From a virus (Duplodnaviria; Caudoviricetes): DNA of 64,000 nt. Below the pieces are notes generated by a model that did no database searches, was not told where the DNA came from, and saw only the letters and a program-made list of their open reading frames with translations. The DNA lies in the IMG/VR virus record IMGVR_UViG_3300021387_000452; one strand, 5' to 3'. Positions 8,813 to 18,003 of this stretch are shown in pieces (position 1 is the stretch's first letter; each line of letters starts with the position of its first letter). The position numbers were made by a program, and so were the translations under genes.

Positions 8813-9931
8813 TTAGTCTAACAACATTCTTTCAAGTCTACGAACTCTGATTTCTAATGACTCTTGTTTAGCACCGGCGGCTATTAATAACTTCTTAATC
8901 GTGGCTTTTTTGGTAAGTGATAATGCGCTGTCTCCATATTGTGTTGAAGCATTTACATCAGCACCACTACTAAGTAGTAGCTTAACTGTCTTTACAAGGC
9001 CATTATCGCAAGCCCATATAAGTGGTGTCCTATCTTGCCAACCACGAATGTTTATATCAGCGCCGCTATCAATTATAGCTTTAATTGCTGATAAGATAAG
9101 ATCAGATTCTTTTCTTGCTGAGCAAAGCTTAATCAGTACTGGCTCTCCATCGATTGATGTAATTTTATTAGCGTCAGCACCAGACTCAACAAGCTCAATC
9201 AGCTTAGTGAGTGTACTTTCACTAAATACTGAATTATTCATCACCAATTCTTGAGCTTGTGCAGTTTCACCAGTTATGCTACTAGAGTTACTATCATTAC
9301 TGTTTTTATCTGCCAACTTTGCTTTGAGTGGGTCTTGATATTTATCTACATCTTTGAATCGCTGAAGTATATAATCATCTGCAGTAAGCTTTATACCATT
9401 TTTATTGCAGTACTTCTTTAAAGCAGTCATGTCTCTGATGATACTATCTTTTGTAGAGAAGCGACTTTCTCCTGGCTTTCTATTACCGGGATCTTCATTG
9501 AATCTTACTATGATTTCTTTAATGTACTTAGATACATTTTTGATAGGTCTATCAACGCATTCTTCATGCTGGCGATCCATCCATACTCTCTTCTTCTTAC
9601 CGGTTACTGGGTCCTTAGCAAAGCCTGGTATTCTACCTTTGTCATTCTCTATATTTACAAAATCATTATATGAAAAGATATGATAATTTTCTGATAGTTT
9701 ATCACCATCTACTACAATAGTAGCAATAACATCTGAGCCGGTAAGCCACTTTATATTTTCAAGATTTCTACTTCTTGAAAAGTATATTACGTCTTTTTTA
9801 CCAGTGATCTTATTTGGCTCATACATGCCAGATGCTTGTAGAATATCACTAGACACCATGTAAGATACTAAGCTCGACAGTGATGTTGTATGATATAATG
9901 TACCTACTTGTTTTGATTCATTCTTTATCAT
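8813..9931 (-). CDS. Putative ADP-ribosyltransferase-like domain + ankyrin repeats, with C-terminal LEIRVRRLE tag
   Basis: N-terminal LYHTT...IYFSR...HEE pattern (ART-like, inferred); ankyrin repeats (GADINIRG..RTPLIWAC..G...VKLLL..GADVN); ends KQESLEIRVRRLERMLLD. Confidence 0.65.
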   Translation of the reverse strand: MIKNESKQVGTLYHTTSLSSLVSYMVSSDILQASGMYEPNKITGKKDVIYFSRSRNLENIKWLTGSDVIATIVVDGDKLSENYHIFSYNDFVNIENDKGRIPGFAKDPVTGKKKRVWMDRQHEECVDRPIKNVSKYIKEIIVRFNEDPGNRKPGESRFSTKDSIIRDMTALKKYCNKNGIKLTADDYILQRFKDVDKYQDPLKAKLADKNSNDSNSSSITGETAQAQELVMNNSVFSESTLTKLIELVESGADANKITSIDGEPVLIKLCSARKESDLILSAIKAIIDSGADINIRGWQDRTPLIWACDNGLVKTVKLLLSSGADVNASTQYGDSALSLTKKATIKKLLIAAGAKQESLEIRVRRLERMLLD

Positions 9932-9935
9932 TATC

Positions 9936-11393
9936 TTAATCCCAGTCTAAGTCAGCAAATCTACTTGAAATCTTATTTGATTGATACGCTTGCTCTTCAT
10001 CTTGCGGAACAGTGATGTCATATACTGGATCATATGATATATCATTAAATGCTCTTTCTAGAGATTGAACAATAATGTCCACAAGATTATCAATAGCAAA
10101 ATCAAATGCAGAGTCATTTTCAGAGTTACGAGAATCTAGCGCTCTTTTATATATAGCATCTGCATTACCAACGATCTTCTGAGCTTTATGGTTAACAGTT
10201 AGTGATATGACGCCATCAATTGCTTTAATTCTACAGAGATAAGAGTCAGAGCTTCCTGTTGGAGAGAACCAAAATGAAATACCAAGCTTCATCTTATTTC
10301 TCTTAATACATTTAATTAGATTGTTCTTGATGTTTGCTTTCTCTTTAAGAGATATGATGTACTTGATCTGATTCTTTAGCTTCTTTTGATAGAATTTATT
10401 GAATAACTGTCCACTTCTAGTTACAAAGAATTTATAGACAGCAGTTGGAGATTCACTATTTACTGTATAACCCATGTAATTAAGAACTCTGCCGACGATG
10501 GTCCATAGCTGAGGGCACTCATCTGGAGTTACAGATACAGCTCTTGATAGCATTTCTCTAGTGATATTAACATCAGCTTTAATATCTTTCATTAAAGCTT
10601 TCTTTACATTCGCAGATTTCTTAAGATCAACTTTGTGTGTCTCTTCTAAGTCTGACATCTGATGAGCGTTGAACTCTGTTAAAGTAAATAGCTTATATAA
10701 GACAATACTTATTGCATTGACACATCTAGAAGTGCTACCAAGAGTAAAGAAATCATTTGCCAAAAGCTCTCCAATCTCTGATCTATTAGCACAGCCAAGA
10801 TACGCGCACGTAGACAAGAAGCTTTCACCAACGCCAGGATTATTCTTTTGTTTTGCTAATCTGTCATCTTTACTCGTGTGATCAAATGCATGTGTTAGCT
10901 CATGCTCAATTGTAGAGCGAATATCGGCTTTTTTAATAGATTTCTCAATATTATCTAAATCATGAACTTTTACTAAGACAACAAGCTCATTAGTAGATGG
11001 AACAAAGAATCCACCAGTGTTATGAACATCTACATCTCCATGATATTTTTGCTGAAGCATTCTATTGCAATCATCTTCTCTGTCTACATCAATGAAGTAT
11101 GTCGAAATGTAAATGTCTCTGGTGTTAGAGCCACTATCTCCTGTAGAGACTTTGTTCTTAAGAAGGAAATATCCATTTCTATCTAACTGCCCTCTAACTT
11201 TGTCAGTATTTTCTTTAATGTAACTAAAGTAAAACTTTGTGATATTTGACAAGCTTAAAGAAGCAGATGAAACACTAATCGCTTCTAAATATCTTTTGCG
11301 TAAATATGTAGCCATAGTATTATAGTCCCCAGTAATATAAGAAGCTTTTAAGCTTCTTATATTACGTAAATGAAAATCACTCTTCAGCGCCAT
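9936..11393 (-). CDS. HExxH zincin-like metallopeptidase candidate
   Basis: STIEHELTHAFDH plus downstream TEFNAH. Confidence 0.55.
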   Translation of the reverse strand: MALKSDFHLRNIRSLKASYITGDYNTMATYLRKRYLEAISVSSASLSLSNITKFYFSYIKENTDKVRGQLDRNGYFLLKNKVSTGDSGSNTRDIYISTYFIDVDREDDCNRMLQQKYHGDVDVHNTGGFFVPSTNELVVLVKVHDLDNIEKSIKKADIRSTIEHELTHAFDHTSKDDRLAKQKNNPGVGESFLSTCAYLGCANRSEIGELLANDFFTLGSTSRCVNAISIVLYKLFTLTEFNAHQMSDLEETHKVDLKKSANVKKALMKDIKADVNITREMLSRAVSVTPDECPQLWTIVGRVLNYMGYTVNSESPTAVYKFFVTRSGQLFNKFYQKKLKNQIKYIISLKEKANIKNNLIKCIKRNKMKLGISFWFSPTGSSDSYLCRIKAIDGVISLTVNHKAQKIVGNADAIYKRALDSRNSENDSAFDFAIDNLVDIIVQSLERAFNDISYDPVYDITVPQDEEQAYQSNKISSRFADLDWD

Positions 11394-12399
11394 GTTCTTT
11401 TAATAAAGACACATACTTAGCAACACGAGCATCTTTCTGATCCCATTTTAACGCTCTCTGTAAAAGAGTTTCACCGTACATATCTGGTACATTTGGATCT
11501 ATGCCAATTTCTAGTAAATATTCAACTACTTCTAGATTACCATCAGTCATAAATCTAGAAGCATCCCATAAAAGATCACTTGTTGGCTTTAGATTAGTGT
11601 TGTCTAATATGAGTTTTACTAGTGCTAAATTACCATTTACACACAAACGTCCAACATCTTTCAAGTTTACTTTAGCACCATTAACCAATAGTTCTTTTAC
11701 AGTATTATCTTTTGCGCGACTATTATTAAGACCAGTGAGAGCAGCTGCTAGTGGAGTAACTCCATTTCGTTTGTCATACGCATTTGGATCAGCGCCTGCT
11801 TTTAATAGCAACTTAACTATAGGATATGCAACCTGCATAGCCGCGCTACATATTGCTGGAGTACCTTGATATGATTCTACATTTGGATCAACACCAGACT
11901 TTAGTAGCTTTCTAACAGTTGCAGCATCACCATCATCAATTGCTTTAAGTAACTGATCGCTACCACCAATTCCAGATAAGTTAACACCGTCTACGACTGG
12001 TAAGTCTACATCTAGATATTCCATTGGCTCGTCTAAAGCATCCCATATTGATTTAATCTTACCATCTTTTGCTTGTAGAACACAGTACTTTTTGCGTGGG
12101 TCATTTTTATTTATGTAGAAATAAAACCCACCGTCTAAGTTGCGATTTCTAATAGTGTCTGCAAATACTTGCTCACCATTGCGTCTTCTTTCTGCAATAC
12201 CCCAGCCGGTGCTTTTACCATATTTCACTGCTGCTTTATATGAAGTTATTCTATACACTGTCCACTCTGAATCTTCATATAATACTATAACACCGTCATT
12301 ATCAGCTTCAAATGCTCGATGCTTATTACACTTATTAAGTCTTGCTTCAAGAAGCTCTACACGCTTCTCTAATGATCTATAACGCTCATTCATTATCAT
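11377..12399 (-). CDS. Ankyrin-repeat protein with an N-terminal phage domain and LEKRVELLE tag
   Basis: About 5 ankyrin repeats (GVDPNV..GTPA, GADPNA..GVTPL, GIDPNV..GETLL); N domain W.VY.ITSY.AA..YG..T.W resembles PcfJ-like domains of large phages (from recall). Confidence 0.75.
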   Translation of the reverse strand: MIMNERYRSLEKRVELLEARLNKCNKHRAFEADNDGVIVLYEDSEWTVYRITSYKAAVKYGKSTGWGIAERRRNGEQVFADTIRNRNLDGGFYFYINKNDPRKKYCVLQAKDGKIKSIWDALDEPMEYLDVDLPVVDGVNLSGIGGSDQLLKAIDDGDAATVRKLLKSGVDPNVESYQGTPAICSAAMQVAYPIVKLLLKAGADPNAYDKRNGVTPLAAALTGLNNSRAKDNTVKELLVNGAKVNLKDVGRLCVNGNLALVKLILDNTNLKPTSDLLWDASRFMTDGNLEVVEYLLEIGIDPNVPDMYGETLLQRALKWDQKDARVAKYVSLLKEHGAEE

Positions 12400-12453
12400 T
12401 CTCCAAAGTAAATTAAGTAAAACACACTACAATATAATAACTATAGATATGTC

Positions 12454-12711
12454 TTACCCAATCATATCTGAGGTGTCGTCAATGTAGCTACTGAGATCAT
12501 ACAGCTTAATTCTCTTCTCAAGAGCTTCCATATAAGAACGCATTCCATTAAGCTGTTCCTGAAAAATACTCTCACATGCATGTGGTACTCTGTCATTTAG
12601 CACAGCATTTTCCAACTTCTCAGTACGAAGTTTTAGCTGCCAATACTCTGCTTTTAAACGACCTTTCCAATCCAACGATCCCATTAGTTTTACTGTGTCT
12701 GCTAATTCCAT
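12454..12711 (-). CDS. Small helical phage protein (crAss001_48-like pattern)
   Basis: Start probably ATG 12711 (GGAGA RBS); RLKAEY.QL..R..KL...QL..M..Y...LE.RI pattern. Confidence 0.6.
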   Translation of the reverse strand: MELADTVKLMGSLDWKGRLKAEYWQLKLRTEKLENAVLNDRVPHACESIFQEQLNGMRSYMEALEKRIKLYDLSSYIDDTSDMIG

Positions 12712-12730
12712 ACACTTTTCTCCATAAAAT

Positions 12731-12767
12731 AAAAGCCATTGTAGATTATATACACCCACAATGGCTT
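12731..12767 (-). terminator. nrdD terminator with TGTATATAAT in its loop
   Basis: aagccattgt/acaatggctt stem, 15 nt loop containing tataca (12749-12754), U tract on minus strand. Confidence 0.7.
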
Positions 12768-12786
12768 AGTTATTAACAAATGGTGT

Positions 12787-14805
12787 TTACTTTGCCTTAT
12801 ATCTGTTAAACTTTACATACTCACCAGAGTCATCTTCTTCAACTCTATTAAATACTCTTGTTTCAAACTCTCGCTTTCTTCCATCATTCCAATTTTTAAC
12901 TGCTGTGAGATACCCTATAATTCTAGTATAGAAATTCAAGTTCTTGCTATGACAAGATGGGCACTCATTAATTGGAGCATTAACTATCTTACCACAATCC
13001 TTGCATTCACTCATCGGAATATTGAATGTTAGATAGCTGCACCCAACCTGCGCGGCATATTCAAGTAGATGTCTATATTGTTTTGAAGATAAGTGAGAAT
13101 CTAAATTGATGTGCGCAGCTGAGCCACCATCTAGATAATCACCGATATAATCTCTTCCGTGCATTTTAATCTTATCAAGAACTGATAGTAATGGATCATT
13201 TGGCTTAAATACATAACTTGCGTATAAGTTTGTATCTTCAGGAACCCAATAACCATCATCTCGATCCCAATTGTAGTTCTTGATAGCGAGTGACTCAGCA
13301 GGCACCTGTTCTGTATTAAATACTAAGTGATGTTTGCTTGTTTTATCTTTATGCAATTCATTCTGTTCTTTGAAGAATGAGAATATCTCTTGACAGAATT
13401 TTGCATATTTATCATTAACATCACATCTAATACCCAGAAATTCAGCAGCTTGGTTTAATCCATTTAGCCCTAAAGTTAAATACTGCTTGTTTAGATCAAT
13501 GAATCCTGCACGATATGCTGGCAATAGATTTGCGTCATACATATCCCAAAGCAATTCATTATAGGCATGGTGGTATTTATACACTCTATCAAGTAACTTT
13601 GAGAGGTATTTCTTTAATGATGGGTAACATGAATCATCAAAAGTAAACATCTCTTCTCGCTTCTCAGATTCTTTTCTATACCAGCCTTGAATCAAGCGAT
13701 TAAGATTAAATGTAATTACTGATTTACTTCCAGTTTGTATTCCTACGTTCCCATTAGTAAAGTTAAACTCTTTTGTTTGTAGTTTGTTTTTCAACCGACA
13801 ACAGCTACTTAATGAATCAACAGTGTCTGAGATGTATGTGAAGAATGAATGACCTCTTGCATACTCATCATATACGAATTGCGCCATCTCTTCATCTTCA
13901 AACTTACCATCTTTGTATAGCAGTGTAACAGTCTCAACTGGGAATGTAAGAATAGTCTTTAGTCGTTCTGCATTAAACCACTTCATGAATTCCATTTGAA
14001 TCCATTTAAGTGATTCCCAGTCAGGTCGCGTACCATCTGGAAAATAAAATTCTCCAAACATGCCTTCAAAGAATGGCTTGTCAAAATATGAGAAGTTTAC
14101 AAACGCAGACTGAAAGCCACGGGCAGCTGCAGGTTGGTTTATCGTGTAGATAATCTGCTGCCAATATTGTTGGATCTCTTTTAAGATTGTTCTAGGCTCA
14201 CCACTTAGAGGTCTCTCAATAATTTCATCTTGACGAAGATAAAAATCATCTCCCCACTCTTTCTTGCAGAAATAAGTGAAATAAAGTAAAGCCTCGCTTA
14301 CTGCAACTGCTCCAGCAAACTGAGAACTAATTGCGAAAATCATATTACAAAATATACCACAGAATGACTTTAAATTCTTTGGTGAAGCTGATAAACCACC
14401 AAGGCCTTTAATTCCATCCATTAAAAATGGGTACATTGTAACTGAAACGCAATATGGAGCTACAGCACCAGCAAATGAAGATTCATCGTGCTTATAAATA
14501 ACATGATCTTCAAGATCTCTAATATATCGTTTTGCATTAAAGTCTGGATAAAGCTCTCTAAGCTTATTAACAACCATTGCTCGTGAGATTCTAATGTTGT
14601 CTGCTTTATGCGCTTCAGCATTTAAGATAGCTATGTTCTTATTTGCTACATTAGAGTTATCGTCCACTGTACTATTAGCAGCATTTGAAGCCTGCTTAAA
14701 TTTGTTAATAAACTCAATTTTATTTCTTACAAACTCATCCTCCACACTATCGTTCACTGAAAGCTCGATGATTTCACTTGAATTTGATACATTATCTACA
14801 ATCAT
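12787..14805 (-). CDS. nrdD: Anaerobic (class III) ribonucleoside-triphosphate reductase
   Basis: LSSCCRL, CKDC...CPSC metal site, glycyl-radical loop YTRIIGYL; no ATP-cone. Confidence 0.95.
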   Translation of the reverse strand: MIVDNVSNSSEIIELSVNDSVEDEFVRNKIEFINKFKQASNAANSTVDDNSNVANKNIAILNAEAHKADNIRISRAMVVNKLRELYPDFNAKRYIRDLEDHVIYKHDESSFAGAVAPYCVSVTMYPFLMDGIKGLGGLSASPKNLKSFCGIFCNMIFAISSQFAGAVAVSEALLYFTYFCKKEWGDDFYLRQDEIIERPLSGEPRTILKEIQQYWQQIIYTINQPAAARGFQSAFVNFSYFDKPFFEGMFGEFYFPDGTRPDWESLKWIQMEFMKWFNAERLKTILTFPVETVTLLYKDGKFEDEEMAQFVYDEYARGHSFFTYISDTVDSLSSCCRLKNKLQTKEFNFTNGNVGIQTGSKSVITFNLNRLIQGWYRKESEKREEMFTFDDSCYPSLKKYLSKLLDRVYKYHHAYNELLWDMYDANLLPAYRAGFIDLNKQYLTLGLNGLNQAAEFLGIRCDVNDKYAKFCQEIFSFFKEQNELHKDKTSKHHLVFNTEQVPAESLAIKNYNWDRDDGYWVPEDTNLYASYVFKPNDPLLSVLDKIKMHGRDYIGDYLDGGSAAHINLDSHLSSKQYRHLLEYAAQVGCSYLTFNIPMSECKDCGKIVNAPINECPSCHSKNLNFYTRIIGYLTAVKNWNDGRKREFETRVFNRVEEDDSGEYVKFNRYKAK

Positions 14806-14832
14806 AAAACAAATTCCCCTAAACGCAGATTA

Positions 14833-15126
14833 CTATGCACGTCGATGACGCTCTTTTCTCTTCTTTGTATTATCTTTTGATATCTCTGGAATTGTATCAT
14901 CATACGGTCTAAGTCTACGATGCTCAATAGAGATAAGATAATCTACTCTAGGATTTACTTCATAAAGACCGTACCAAGTTGTATTTTCATTAGTCAAAGT
15001 GTGAACATATTCTAAAGCTTCTTCTTTTGTAGTAAAGTCCATTGTTATTTGTTTATATGGAAACTTTTCTATCATTGCTCTAAATATGCTAGGTTCTATC
15101 TTTGTCTCTTTTGGTTTTCTTGCCAT
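14833..15126 (-). CDS. Hypothetical protein
   Basis: Probable start ATG 15126 (MARKPK, GGAG RBS). Confidence 0.65.
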   Translation of the reverse strand: MARKPKETKIEPSIFRAMIEKFPYKQITMDFTTKEEALEYVHTLTNENTTWYGLYEVNPRVDYLISIEHRRLRPYDDTIPEISKDNTKKRKERHRRA

Positions 15127-15197
15127 ACTAATACTCCATGAATAAGATGAGCTATTATTGAATATACAAGAGATCGAAATGTGCTTTAACATAAAGC

Positions 15198-15220
15198 AAA
15201 AGGGAGCAAAGGCTCCCTTT
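15198..15220 (-). terminator. Intrinsic terminator
   Basis: aaagggagc/gctcccttt stem, 4 nt loop. Confidence 0.7.
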
Positions 15221-15254
15221 ATAATTAAATTTCTATGCTAATGACAATCTATAA

Positions 15255-16148
15255 CTACGGCTCTTCTGTTTCATCTTCAACATTTATTATTAAGCTAGTA
15301 CTAGATGTAGGCATAAAGCTAATCTGATAAACAGCTACAGCGCCAGATTCGGCTTTAATGTTATCAGTGTCTTCATTGTCAGCCGCCGGAGATACTTCGA
15401 TATTTTCTACACCGTCTACTGGCTCGACACCAACTTTCTTCATAGGATTATATACGCCTACAATAATAAAATTAGCGCCATTCGCATTACACTCAAGTGA
15501 ACTACCCCATGTATTTGGCTGCCATGTGTTTGAAGAACTGTCATATTTATATAAATATGATGTTATTTCACTATCAGGTTGATCACCTGGACCTGGCATT
15601 GCAGAAGTACTAACTGTAACTTGTACAGTAGTAGGTTCTACAGCAATACCGCCATCATCTTGATCATCAATAATAACGTCTGCACCATCATTTAAAGTTG
15701 ATGTAATATCATCAAAGCTAGTGTCAGGAATTCTATTTACTGATATAGGAGTAAATCTAGATTCTGGTACTCGTTTAGCTAATTCATTATATGGAGCATC
15801 ATTTCCTAAGCACACATAGAATGTAGCTAGAGTATCATTGGCTGGGATAATTGTATTGCAGTTAGTAGTAACTGATTCAAATAATTCTGTCGAGCCCTGT
15901 TTAATATAAACTCTGATTGAGTCAACTGAAACTGATTCTTTAAACGATATCTGACAATCTGCTGATGCAATGATCCAGTTATTATCTGATCTAAGCAAAG
16001 CTGGACCTGAGCAAACTAACTTTGTATTGACGTACACTACCATTGATAGGTTCTTCACTTTTTCTAGCTTAGAAATAAACTCTCTTACACTAGAACATTC
16101 GACTCCATCAATAGTCAGACTTTTACGTACAGCATCTTCTAACTTCAT
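15255..16148 (-). CDS. Hypothetical beta-rich acidic protein (possibly virion-associated)
   Basis: 297 aa ORF with GGAG RBS; no recognised motif. Confidence 0.6.
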   Translation of the reverse strand: MKLEDAVRKSLTIDGVECSSVREFISKLEKVKNLSMVVYVNTKLVCSGPALLRSDNNWIIASADCQISFKESVSVDSIRVYIKQGSTELFESVTTNCNTIIPANDTLATFYVCLGNDAPYNELAKRVPESRFTPISVNRIPDTSFDDITSTLNDGADVIIDDQDDGGIAVEPTTVQVTVSTSAMPGPGDQPDSEITSYLYKYDSSSNTWQPNTWGSSLECNANGANFIIVGVYNPMKKVGVEPVDGVENIEVSPAADNEDTDNIKAESGAVAVYQISFMPTSSTSLIINVEDETEEP

Positions 16149-16160
16149 TTTATATCTCCA

Positions 16161-16349
16161 TTATGAAACTTCTTCGATTGATTTCTCAACTTTTAATATT
16201 CGATATTCTCTATCATCACTAGACTCAAGCTCATCTAGCTTCTGCTTTGCTTCAGTAAAAGTAGCATATGAGCATATAAAAATATATGTATCATCATCTT
16301 TATCTTTTACCTCAACAGAGTAGTATAGTTTATGTTTTGTAAACATCAC
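16161..16349 (-). CDS. Small hypothetical protein
   Basis: 62 aa, translationally coupled to neighbour. Confidence 0.6.
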   Translation of the reverse strand: MMFTKHKLYYSVEVKDKDDDTYIFICSYATFTEAKQKLDELESSDDREYRILKVEKSIEEVS

Positions 16350-16567
16350 TAATCCCGAACGTATGATACATGGTCACATATATAGCTAACATACTCATCA
16401 AGAGATTTCTTGTCAACGCCATCTATGTGACTTTCAATGAAATGCTTGACTGGAGATCTTAGCATCTCTCGCTTAGTCAAGTGCGGATCAACACCGTTCA
16501 GCTCAATAGTGAGATACGTTTCAATGTCATACTTATTTAATACGTAATACATGAACGGCTTCATCAT
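16349..16567 (-). CDS. Small hypothetical protein
   Basis: 72 aa, packed between tk and the next ORF. Confidence 0.6.
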   Translation of the reverse strand: MMKPFMYYVLNKYDIETYLTIELNGVDPHLTKREMLRSPVKHFIESHIDGVDKKSLDEYVSYICDHVSYVRD

Positions 16568-16570
16568 AAT

Positions 16571-17119
16571 TCACTCTCTATAGCATCTGTAACAAACAGC
16601 TTTGTAATTATCCCATCCTGGATCTATAACACTCTCAGTCGTGTCTGGAGTTACTCTCTTATTGAATGAAGCGTGTTTGCCGCACGTTTGGCAAATAGTC
16701 TTCACTTCAATTATCTCATCGGCTAATTCAAATAGCCGCTTTGAAGCTGGAAACAAATGAGTAGTAAAATCAGTTCTTAAGCCAAAGCACAGCACATCAA
16801 TTTCTCTATCAACTGAGAAATTTCTTAATTCATCAATCTGTGGCTCAGTTAAGAACTGACACTCATCAATGAGAATTACATCTGCATTATTTATCAATTC
16901 ACTATAGTCATAGATACTATCTTCTTTATGTATAACAATGTCTGCTTTTCTTGGAGGAACTTGAGCTCTTGTTTCAATAAGCTCACTTCTAGTGTCTAGT
17001 GCTGGTTTTACAGTGACTACATTCCAACCAGCGGTGTCATAGTTATGTGCTATCGCAAGTAGCATCATAGTTTTACTACTGCTTACAGTGCCATGATAGA
17101 ATATAAGTTTTGCTGCCAT
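16571..17119 (-). CDS. tdk: Thymidine kinase
   Basis: GTVSSSKT P-loop, KPALDTR, ILIDECQFL, FGLRTDF, C..C and Y.AVC..C zinc ligands. Confidence 0.93.
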   Translation of the reverse strand: MAAKLIFYHGTVSSSKTMMLLAIAHNYDTAGWNVVTVKPALDTRSELIETRAQVPPRKADIVIHKEDSIYDYSELINNADVILIDECQFLTEPQIDELRNFSVDREIDVLCFGLRTDFTTHLFPASKRLFELADEIIEVKTICQTCGKHASFNKRVTPDTTESVIDPGWDNYKAVCYRCYRE

Positions 17120-17127
17120 AAAGCCCT

Positions 17128-17571
17128 CTAGATAAGCTTGTTAAAACCGAACATCTCACAAAGATCATCAATCACTCTATTTGAACTATTACCATACTTT
17201 TTTGCATGATCGCATCTTGACTGATAAGAAGCTCTATCGTTTTCAATTTCTTTTTCAAGAATATCTCTACACTGCTTTACGTTATTAGAAATAATTCTAA
17301 TAAGAGCAAGCTTCTTCCACTGCTCAAGATTTGAATCACAAATCAATCCATCAGTGTAGCTGCTTTGCTTTCCAGCTGAGTCCCATTTATAATATTCAAA
17401 TGCTGTAGCAAGCTCATCACAGAATTGAATAGCTTCTTCTTTCTTATTCTCGATAATAGCCTGAATTATTAAAGCTTGGTAGCAGTTTGGGTTGATCATA
17501 TTAAAGATGTCAAACATCGTCTTTCCATGACTAATTGCATGGTTACTCATCATCAGATCCTCACTAATCAC
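17128..17571 (-). CDS. Hypothetical protein
   Basis: 147 aa ORF in operon. Confidence 0.65.
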   Translation of the reverse strand: MISEDLMMSNHAISHGKTMFDIFNMINPNCYQALIIQAIIENKKEEAIQFCDELATAFEYYKWDSAGKQSSYTDGLICDSNLEQWKKLALIRIISNNVKQCRDILEKEIENDRASYQSRCDHAKKYGNSSNRVIDDLCEMFGFNKLI

Positions 17572-17921
17572 TAGATTTTGGTTTTACTAAGTTTTCTATA
17601 ATACTTCTTTACATAGAATCTGAGCATTCCTTTTGGATCATAATCTTCTTTTTCTCCAGTCTTCATATGATCTAAGGCATTCTTCTCAGTAAGCCAGTAG
17701 CATCTAAAGTCTTTATAATCTGGGAAGTCTTTCTTGAATGATGATATGATATGATCAAAATTGCGATTAAGCATATGATCAAAGTTTGTTCCAGACTTCA
17801 CATTAAGAAAGAAGTACTGTAAGTATTCTTCAAATGAAACAATCTCATTGAACCCAAGATATTCATAAATTCTATCTAAAATCTTCTTTTGTCTATCATT
17901 GCAAAGATTGTATCTATCCAT
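17571..17921 (-). CDS. Hypothetical protein
   Basis: 116 aa ORF with AGGAG RBS. Confidence 0.65.
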   Translation of the reverse strand: MDRYNLCNDRQKKILDRIYEYLGFNEIVSFEEYLQYFFLNVKSGTNFDHMLNRNFDHIISSFKKDFPDYKDFRCYWLTEKNALDHMKTGEKEDYDPKGMLRFYVKKYYRKLSKTKI

Positions 17922-17942
17922 AACTAAGCTCCTACAAAAATA

Positions 17943-17977
17943 AAGGCATCATATATTTGATATACATATGATGCCTT
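17943..17977 (-). terminator. Terminator hairpin with embedded TGTATATCAAAT
   Basis: aaggcatcatat/atatgatgcctt stem; tataca 17961-17966; U tract on minus strand. Confidence 0.75.
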
Positions 17978-18003
17978 CATAACTTAATTATCTGTAATGA
18001 ACA

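Noticed and set aside
12454-12711. ALEKRIKLYD as another copy of the tag
   Set aside because: Lacks the final LE and is part of this family's own conserved helix.
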